Shown in pieces: positions 56,972 through 64,000 of a DNA stretch of 64,000 bases (positions are counted from its first letter, which is position 1; the number at the start of each line of letters is the position of its first letter). The stretch comes from Candidatus Pacearchaeota archaeon (GTDB taxonomy: Archaea; Nanobdellota; Nanobdellia; Pacearchaeales; GW2011-AR1), in NCBI GenBank assembly GCA_016866975.1, contig VGKP01000002.1:32942-96941 (forward strand), given 5' to 3'. The notes under the pieces are model-generated. The model was not told the origin of the DNA, did not search any database, and saw only the letters and a program-made list of their open reading frames with translations. The translations under genes were made by a program, and so were the position numbers.

Positions 56972-58968
56972 GCAAACTTCTTTCTAGAGACAATAGCAAT
57001 TAATGTGATCAGGATAATCATGCCGATTATAGACATCCATTTACTTAACTTGTCCATCGATGTCTCTTCATATTTAAACTCTACAATACCTTTTGCATAT
57101 ACGAGCATGAAATCAGGAGAGGCCCGATATATCTTGATCTCTCTTCCATCCTGGTAAGCTTTCCAATTAGGGAAATATGATATTTTTACAAGTACTGGCA
57201 CTTCAATTGCAGAATTTACATTGAATTTAATATTGTCTTGCAGCTTACTGACTTCTGTAATCTCAAGAGAAGTGTTTTGCGATTTTTCATATTGTGGACC
57301 GGCTTCATCTACAAGTAATTCTTCTTTTATTCCTTCTGAGAATAACCATTGAAGGTTTAGTTCTTTCCAGCTCAGAGGAGATACTTCCCTTAATTTCCTG
57401 TCAACAATCTCTATCAATCTAGAGTCTCCTATCTTGTATAATGAATAATTTACTGTCCTTCCATATTTGCTGTACTTAGTAACATCATGTATGCGAATCC
57501 ACTCTTTCCTTGCTTTATCATCAGATATAATCGCATAATTAATATTGAAATGGTTTAGCTGGTACGGCAATATTTCACTTATCAGGGAGAGGTTATTCGG
57601 CGGGTATTCGGAATAAATCCATGCTCCCCATGTCAAGGATTTCTGATCGATTTCTTTCTCTAGGTTAAGAATATATTCTCCAGTCCGTGTAGATTCAACA
57701 TATAATCCTTTAACGCTGAAGAACTTGTTCTCTAATGGAAGCATATGTTGCAGGACATGAGGCGCGGTCTCTTCATCATACGATGCGACAACAAATACTC
57801 TCCCGTCTATCGGTATTGAGATGGGAGTTAAATTCATTTGATTAGGGCCCTCAAGATTCAGATTTCCTGGATTTAATATCAGGAACAAGCTTGCAACTAA
57901 TATGAATATGCTGATGACGATTGATTTTCGGTACAATGATAGCAGGGCAAGAGGCAGAAGAAGCAATATGAAATACATTAATCTATAGAAATGGAAATTT
58001 ATTCCTGAAAAAGCAATTCCTATTATTGCAAGCGCAACGACAAATAGAAGGCAGAGCGCTAAAGGATACATTGACTCTCTTTCTTTGGCATTTATTACAT
58101 AAACTGCATACAAAATTGATATGAATGCAAGCAACCCTATCTCCCCATTGTTCGCTAGATATATTATAGACATATATGACTTTTTGAGTATGAAAGGGAT
58201 TGTCCAGAAAGCTGTAAGGAGAAAAGAAAGTCCTGCATGTTTGAACAGGAATGTTCTGAATTTTCCCTCTTTCCAGTAAAGTAGGGTGAAAGATAAAAGG
58301 AGGAATCCTGCAACAATTGCTGCGACTAGATGGCTTAATATTATTGCAGAGAATAATATAGTGGGAAGTATAAATTTACCACTTTCTCTTGCTTTTATCA
58401 ATGACGCAAAGTAGAAAAAGAAAAGCATCATGCCGAACGCATGCGTTATCAATCCAATGTTTATACTTGAAGAAAGATTTCCCCCATAATATGTAGTAGG
58501 AAAGAGGAATAATGAAGAATACATGAGAAGCATGGCTATGGCAGCCTTCTCTTTTGAAAATTTTAATGACCTTGCAAGTACATAGAAAGATAAGGGCATC
58601 AATACATAAGTCAATGTAAATAATATTCTCAAAGACCAGGTGATAGGCAAGATGTAAGACAATGCAGAGGCAAGATAAGTATAAAGTGGAGGATAGAACT
58701 GGTTATGTGCATAACCTGTATAAAAGAATGGGTTCCAACTGAAGAATCCAGGAAAGACATATTCTTTCTCAAACCATACTGAGAAATAAAGGCCTGCATG
58801 GTCCCACATAAGCATGGCGTTGTCAAGAAGTATTGGCAAGAAAAGATATAATATAGAAATATATACAACTATAAAGCTTGCCCAAATGACTATTTTTTCA
58901 CTTATCCAATTTCTTATCTTTATATCAAGTTTGTTCCAATAGCCCTCTATATGATCTGGCACTATCAT
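56968..58968 (-). CDS. GT-C-like / 6-pyruvoyl-tetrahydropterin-synthase-related membrane protein
   Basis: WD..G.Y, WNPFFYTGY...QFYPPL, many TMs, KISYFPNWKA C-terminal domain. Confidence 0.75.
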   Translation of the reverse strand: MIVPDHIEGYWNKLDIKIRNWISEKIVIWASFIVVYISILYLFLPILLDNAMLMWDHAGLYFSVWFEKEYVFPGFFSWNPFFYTGYAHNQFYPPLYTYLASALSYILPITWSLRILFTLTYVLMPLSFYVLARSLKFSKEKAAIAMLLMYSSLFLFPTTYYGGNLSSSINIGLITHAFGMMLFFFYFASLIKARESGKFILPTILFSAIILSHLVAAIVAGFLLLSFTLLYWKEGKFRTFLFKHAGLSFLLTAFWTIPFILKKSYMSIIYLANNGEIGLLAFISILYAVYVINAKERESMYPLALCLLFVVALAIIGIAFSGINFHFYRLMYFILLLLPLALLSLYRKSIVISIFILVASLFLILNPGNLNLEGPNQMNLTPISIPIDGRVFVVASYDEETAPHVLQHMLPLENKFFSVKGLYVESTRTGEYILNLEKEIDQKSLTWGAWIYSEYPPNNLSLISEILPYQLNHFNINYAIISDDKARKEWIRIHDVTKYSKYGRTVNYSLYKIGDSRLIEIVDRKLREVSPLSWKELNLQWLFSEGIKEELLVDEAGPQYEKSQNTSLEITEVSKLQDNIKFNVNSAIEVPVLVKISYFPNWKAYQDGREIKIYRASPDFMLVYAKGIVEFKYEETSMDKLSKWMSIIGMIILITLIAIVSRKKFA

Positions 58969-59754
58969 CTAGCACCAGCCAAATACTTGGCAGAAAAATC
59001 CATCGCCAGATCCAGAGCCACTGCTTGTAGTCACTTTATTTTGTCCACGACAGTAAGGTTGTCCGTTTGGATGTTTTGCACATACATCTCCATTCTTACA
59101 ACATATTGCATATTCATTGAATTCATCTCCAGTTCCCTGGCAAAGAACATCTGAACCACAGCCTTTCTCAGGGATTACACTGCATCCCCAAATTGTTTTT
59201 TTGAGGAAACCCGGAGTTCCAGGTAGACCCATCTTTTTAAATTTACATTCCTGGTTTGCTGTACAACATTCTATTGTCTCGCCTTTTGGAGGACAAGCAC
59301 TTTCTCTTGCTGCAACATTACAACCTTGTTCTGCTTGCTTTGCCGTAAGACAGACGCCATGCTCTTTATCTCCGAGACCTTGCACTTTGCAAACTTCTTT
59401 CTTATTCTTGTCACAGCAGATTTCTCCACATTGCATCTGACCTTTAGAGGCATCGCATTTCTTCTTGCAGTAATAAACAATTCCAGGCAAGCTATCTCCA
59501 TCTTCATCCGCATTACAACATACTTTTTCTTTATAACATGATTGACCAGAAAAACAGCAGCCTTTTCCGCACTTCTGCGCCCTAGGATCATCACTGAAAG
59601 GGGCTTGTCCACATGCTCCAGCCTTGACTGGGTTAGACATTGTCCCTGTCCCTGAACTTACGGCGAGGCCTGTCTTCTCTGATTTAGGAAGAAATGATAT
59701 TATAAGAAGCAGAGCCACTACCAAAGCAACTATTCCCACGACTTTTTTCATCAA
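58969..59754 (-). CDS. Exported Cys-rich repeat protein
   Basis: Signal peptide; about 28 Cys in recurring C-xn-CC-x5-7-C units. Confidence 0.8.
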   Translation of the reverse strand: MMKKVVGIVALVVALLLIISFLPKSEKTGLAVSSGTGTMSNPVKAGACGQAPFSDDPRAQKCGKGCCFSGQSCYKEKVCCNADEDGDSLPGIVYYCKKKCDASKGQMQCGEICCDKNKKEVCKVQGLGDKEHGVCLTAKQAEQGCNVAARESACPPKGETIECCTANQECKFKKMGLPGTPGFLKKTIWGCSVIPEKGCGSDVLCQGTGDEFNEYAICCKNGDVCAKHPNGQPYCRGQNKVTTSSGSGSGDGFFCQVFGWC

Positions 59755-59894
59755 TTATTCAATGTAATTTCCGTTTATAAGTATTTCTTTAAGGTATAAA
59801 ATAAATATCAAAGATGCTGAAGCCCACGCCGTAACCTAGCGTACTGGGGTATATCTGGGAGATTTTTGTGTAGACAGAAAGGGTACATGCAAAA

Positions 59895-60198
59895 TTAATC
59901 TACTTTTGAAATAGGCATAGACAAGTATTTTTGTATGTCGAAAACTCTCGAAGAAACGGCAGGTTCTTCATAAGTATTGATATAAACGCAATTTCCTTGA
60001 AGACCTTCAATTAAGGCATAATCATTCGATGCGATAAAAACCTGTAATCTCTCAGTGTACCGTTCTATTTTCTCTGCAATTTTTCTTTGGAATCTGAATT
60101 TATTCACTGTATCAAGATAGATTGTAGGCTCATCCATTATTGAGGTCTTGAGACTTCCCGACATAAGGATGATCAACCACTTGAAGGTAACTGATCGA
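59895..60198 (-). pseudogene. C-terminal fragment of an ABC-type ATPase
   Basis: IMDEPTIYLD Walker B/D-loop; degenerate DQLPSSG* in a neighbouring frame; no Walker A. Confidence 0.6.
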
Positions 60199-61200
60199 TT
60201 AGAGAAAGATACTCCAATAGGTATCAATAAATTCATCTGTTCCGTAAGAAATCAGCGAAGCATAGTGTTTTCCATCTAATTTCCAAGTATCTGAGAGATC
60301 GGCTTCCCGCATTGCATCCAGGTATTCATTTCTGTTCTTCTTGTGAATGATTGTTGGTGGCCAATTACTTTTGATAAGAATGTAATTCATGATCATTCTT
60401 CCTGTTCTGCCGTTTCCATCCATGAATGGATGTATCTTCTCAAATTTATGATGAAAAACACTAGCTAAAACCAGAGGACGCAGCTTATTCTTATGTCCAT
60501 AGTACCACTTCAACAGCAAATCCATATCTGTTTTGACATACTTTCCAGGAGTCGCATCAAAATTGCTCCTCATTACCAGAATATCTGTAGTTCTATACCC
60601 TCTTCTCTCATCAATATTCTCAAGGAGCTTATCATGAATAGAAATTATCAGTTCGTGTGTAATTTCTTTATTTGGAGAACTCAAGAGTTCAAAAAACACC
60701 TTTTCAGTATTCTGCAAGTCATAGATTTCCCTTAGAGTCTTTCCCTTAGGAGTGATTCCTTCATTCAAGAGATCTCTTGCTTCATCAAGATTGATGGTGT
60801 TTCCTTCTATGGAGGCAGTATTGTAAGCAAACTCAATGACATAAGTTTTGAACGCATCCTTCTTTGTCAAGCCATCCAATCTGTTGAAAACATCATAGTA
60901 ATGTAACCTACAGGCTTCTACTTCTTCAGTCTTGCCCTTCAGAAAAGAGTCTTGCTTGAGCTTCAAAGCTTGTGCTTTTTCAAGAAAATGGTTTGATTCG
61001 AGAAAGGAATGAATCTTCTTGTAAGATTTTCTAATCTGGTCCTTAAGCTTGGGCAGTTTTTCTAGATTTGATTTTACTTCTTCGATCGAGCTTCCCAAGT
61101 AGGCAATGTCTTTCGCTAGGATTTTACCTTTTTTCCTTTCTGAAGCTCTCAAATAATAATAGTTCCCATTACCAATCGGCTTCTTGTATATATAAACCAT
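60199..61200 (-). CDS. Fic-family protein
   Basis: HPFMDGNGRTGR intact Fic motif; AYNTASIEGN. Confidence 0.95.
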   Translation of the reverse strand: MVYIYKKPIGNGNYYYLRASERKKGKILAKDIAYLGSSIEEVKSNLEKLPKLKDQIRKSYKKIHSFLESNHFLEKAQALKLKQDSFLKGKTEEVEACRLHYYDVFNRLDGLTKKDAFKTYVIEFAYNTASIEGNTINLDEARDLLNEGITPKGKTLREIYDLQNTEKVFFELLSSPNKEITHELIISIHDKLLENIDERRGYRTTDILVMRSNFDATPGKYVKTDMDLLLKWYYGHKNKLRPLVLASVFHHKFEKIHPFMDGNGRTGRMIMNYILIKSNWPPTIIHKKNRNEYLDAMREADLSDTWKLDGKHYASLISYGTDEFIDTYWSIFL

Positions 61201-61295
61201 AGATTCTAGGAGTAAGAAGTGTATTTAAATCTTACCCTCTACAATTATAATTAATAATGTAGAGGGTAAAGAGTTCCTATTTAAGCCTTTCTCAT

Positions 61296-61466
61296 GTCAA
61301 GGAACTTGACTAAAACTCCAGCTTTTAAGCTGGAGTTGTTCCTTGAGCATCCAAACCTCAAGAATCTTCGATTCTTGATGGCAGTCAAGGATTTACATCC
61401 TTGATGGCACGAGTGCCTGCAACAAACCACACTCCTCAGAGTGTGGTGGCACATCGTGCTTTGGAT
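61296..61466 (+). mobile_element. PATE-like element copy 7 (171 bp = 120 + 51-bp insert at 61356-61406)
   Basis: Left half identical to copy 1; follows TCAT; right stems changed compensatorily (gcacgagtgcc/ggcacatcgtgc, ccacact/agtgtgg); ends GGAT. Confidence 0.8.
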
Positions 61467-61528
61467 GTAGTTACTTACAGAGAGTAACATATAGGAACAT
61501 TTAAATAGATGTAATACATTAGTATTTC

Positions 61529-61951
61529 ATGAAAAAGATGCTGGCAAATATATGTATGGGAATATTAGGTTTAGGATTACTGGCAGGTGCAGGAGCAAGG
61601 ACGCATTCACGTCTTCAATCAAGGCCTTCTCAAGCTATAGAGCAACAGATGGCATCAAATTCACTTTATCAGGAAGTGGCCTCTCAAAGCTCTGAGAAAC
61701 CAATAGAGCGCGAGATGACAGGACTTTACATAGAATATATCTTGCCTTTTGTTCTGAAGCACAAGGCTGATCCTGAACTATTTGAGTATCTAAAGACAAA
61801 CAGGATTGACTCATCTACAGGAAGACATCGCTCTTATTCAGACAAAGAGCAGGCTATACTTTGGCATGTAGGGTGCGACCCCAATAAGCCTTCAATGAGC
61901 AAGGATTACGTATTGGCTGGACTAGCAGGTATGGCCTTCAGAAAACCATAG
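61529..61951 (+). CDS. Hypothetical exported protein
   Basis: Signal-like N-terminus; TATA upstream. Confidence 0.6.
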   Translation: MKKMLANICMGILGLGLLAGAGARTHSRLQSRPSQAIEQQMASNSLYQEVASQSSEKPIEREMTGLYIEYILPFVLKHKADPELFEYLKTNRIDSSTGRHRSYSDKEQAILWHVGCDPNKPSMSKDYVLAGLAGMAFRKP

Positions 61952-62014
61952 AAAATTATTGAAGACTTCTCTAATAAGGAATCTACCAAATTAAAAAAGA
62001 AATATAATTGATAA

Positions 62015-62764
62015 CTATATCTTCAACTTCCCTTTCTGCCAATCCCTTATTATTTGTATGCAAGTTTTTTTCTCATCTACTATCCCGCCTTTTTTGAGAA
62101 AACCTCTTTTCTTGCCTATCTCTTCCACTAGTGTCTGTTCATCTTTAAGGAGAGTAGATTCTATCCCATAACACTCTTTCAATGCTCCAGGGCTTTGTTT
62201 GGCCATTGTGACTATCTCATAAGCTATCTTTTCAGGTTCAGATATACCATCTGGATGTTTTGAACCAAGCAATACTAATTTAGTCGATCTGTCATCATAC
62301 GGGATGACTCCAGGCGTATCTAATATCCTTAAGTTTCCTGCTTTTATCCATTGGACTCCTCTTGTAGTACCTGGTTTATCGGCCACTAAAGCTCTTGCCC
62401 TTCTTGCAAGGGCATTAAGGAGAGCACTCTTACCTATATTTGGGTATCCTACAACTCCAATCCTTGGCTCATCTATCTTCATCTTCTTTGCCGTAATTTG
62501 AAGATGCATTCTTAATTCAGATACTCCTTCATTTTGAGTTCCAGAGACAAAAAATGCTTCAGGGAAGTTTTTCTTTGCTTTCTCAAGCCTCTCAGATGTA
62601 GCAAGGTCTTTCTTCGTGAACACAATAACTACTTCTTTCCCATGCTTCTTGGCCTTTCTCTCAAGCTCACTGTTTATAGATATCTCAGGCATTCTTGCAT
62701 CTCCGACTATAACCAGAATATCTGCATTTGCAACCACATCATCAACTACTCCCCAAAATCCCAT
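62015..62764 (-). CDS. Circularly permuted GTPase (RbgA/YlqF family)
   Basis: DARMP, TKKD (G4) precedes GYPNIGKS (G1), PGTTRG (G2), DTPG (G3). Confidence 0.93.
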   Translation of the reverse strand: MGFWGVVDDVVANADILVIVGDARMPEISINSELERKAKKHGKEVVIVFTKKDLATSERLEKAKKNFPEAFFVSGTQNEGVSELRMHLQITAKKMKIDEPRIGVVGYPNIGKSALLNALARRARALVADKPGTTRGVQWIKAGNLRILDTPGVIPYDDRSTKLVLLGSKHPDGISEPEKIAYEIVTMAKQSPGALKECYGIESTLLKDEQTLVEEIGKKRGFLKKGGIVDEKKTCIQIIRDWQKGKLKI

Positions 62765-62903
62765 GGGATTTTGAAGAAAAGAGAAGTTTTAAGTCTTTGC
62801 GCATTGGACCAATTCTCAGTAAAATAGTATCACTCTGGCATTTTAGTGTAACTAGATAGTAGTTATTATTAGAAAGATTTAAATAGATGTTTTTACAGGC
62901 AAA

Positions 62904-63839
62904 ATGATGTATAAAAGAATGTTTCAATCAGGAGTACTGGCCTCAATGTTGTTCTTAGGAAGTTCCTTTGCTGAATCAGACCGTGATTCCTCCATGCTTG
63001 GCGTTGTGAATCATGAAGCAGAATATGGAAGGAAAGGTTATTCCAAGGTGCAAGGTTCAGAGCAGAAATACGGTTTCCCACTCTATTTAACACAGATGAA
63101 CACAAATGTTGTATCTGAACTTGAGCATGCACTATTAAAACTGCCTCTATCTATTAAAAGAGCTATTGTTGACCTACGCATAGATAGCAGGGATGCGGAA
63201 AAGAGCGCGGGAATTATAGATGTCGGAGGAAGGGCGACAAATGGAAGAGTGGCTATTTATGATAAAGATGGAATTGAAAAAGGCACTTTTTACCATGAAG
63301 TTGCTCATGCCTGGACACACTCATTATCTCGGGAAAATTTAAAAGCATTTTTGGATGAATGGCAAGCCATTGCGAAATTTGAGTATAGCACTGGGCATAC
63401 TCATGATTCTATGAATTGGAGAGGGGAAGATTTAGACAGGCTATTGCAAGTAAGCAAACAAGCTACGGCGTTAATGCCAAAATTAGAATCTAAAAGAAAA
63501 GAGTTAGAGAAAGCAAAAGGCACTATTGGACCCTACAACGCAGCAGTCGCGTCTTTCAATCAAACAGCTGAAGAATACAACCTTCTCTCTGCAGAATATA
63601 ATATACTTTTTGAAAAGACCTCTGCCCCCAAATATGGTGTTTTCAGTGCATATGGCTCTACTGACATATTGGAAGATATTGCAGAAGCATCAAAAACTAT
63701 CTTTTTAAAACCTGATCAGGCAAAGCGTCTGATGCAGGATTCTGACCAACGTTTCGCTAGAAAAATGCGCCTTTTTTCAGATAAGACGGGCATTAATTTA
63801 GATGAATTATTAATTGAGAAGAAATCTACCAGCCTTTAG
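62904..63839 (+). CDS. Exported zincin-like metallopeptidase candidate
   Basis: Signal peptide; FYHEVAH; downstream YGSTDILEDIAE; coiled-coil insert. Confidence 0.7.
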   Translation: MMYKRMFQSGVLASMLFLGSSFAESDRDSSMLGVVNHEAEYGRKGYSKVQGSEQKYGFPLYLTQMNTNVVSELEHALLKLPLSIKRAIVDLRIDSRDAEKSAGIIDVGGRATNGRVAIYDKDGIEKGTFYHEVAHAWTHSLSRENLKAFLDEWQAIAKFEYSTGHTHDSMNWRGEDLDRLLQVSKQATALMPKLESKRKELEKAKGTIGPYNAAVASFNQTAEEYNLLSAEYNILFEKTSAPKYGVFSAYGSTDILEDIAEASKTIFLKPDQAKRLMQDSDQRFARKMRLFSDKTGINLDELLIEKKSTSL

Positions 63840-64000
63840 GCTGGAGTGGCGAAGAAACGCTAGATACTTATTATAAAGAAAATATGGATACAATGAGCTA
63901 GATGTTAGCTCACTGTACACCCAATATAGTGATAACTTTCTGACTCTAAATAAACCTTTCGTGAGCGCGACAACGCGCTTCGCGCGGAGAAATAATGGAA

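Noticed and set aside
59815-59890. Slightly GC-rich intergenic stretch as an ncRNA
   Set aside because: I could not find convincing stems, a tRNA fold or box motifs.
1676-61466. The 120-bp repeats as a classical TIR MITE with an AT target duplication
   Set aside because: The ends are not inverted repeats. The conserved context extends to TTAT and TGAT and matches the internal guide tetranucleotides, so a no-duplication IS200/IS605-type model explains more. An AT-core recombinase model is not formally excluded.
515-63708. Numerous 60-200 aa ORFs antisense to or nested in long genes
   Set aside because: Shadow frames of well-supported CDSs, with no motifs or independent start signals.

Overview
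Archaeal chromosome segment, most consistent with a small-genome DPANN lineage (Pacearchaeota-like; inferred from gene content, not from a marker tree). Evidence for Archaea: BHB-type tRNA introns, BRE/TATA promoters, Rpp30, a TrmB-family regulator, Ogg and archaeal-type PheRS. Core genes (smc 3' end, rnhB, ileS, serS, pheS/pheT, pyrH, Rpp30, Ogg, TatD, RbgA-like GTPase, six tRNAs) are interleaved with single AT-rich accessory genes, gene fragments and pseudogenes. Four things stand out. (1) Two adjacent Pup-ligase/Dop (PafA-family) homologs in an archaeon, with no Pup-like tag gene visible in the window. (2) Eight copies of a ~120-bp transposase-less element that fits IS200/IS605 end rules: it inserts after TTAT, ends in TGAT, makes no duplication, has matching AAAA/CAAA guide tetranucleotides and covarying stems, and splits two genes cleanly. 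(3) A separate ~50-bp double-hairpin unit nested inside those elements and inside an intergenic tandem repeat, in both orientations and with empty sites visible. (4) An orphan gene whose 3' end has the codon signature of a DGR variable repeat, with no RT or template repeat in the window. No CRISPR array and no rRNA were seen. All family assignments are by motif recognition by eye; no database searches were run.
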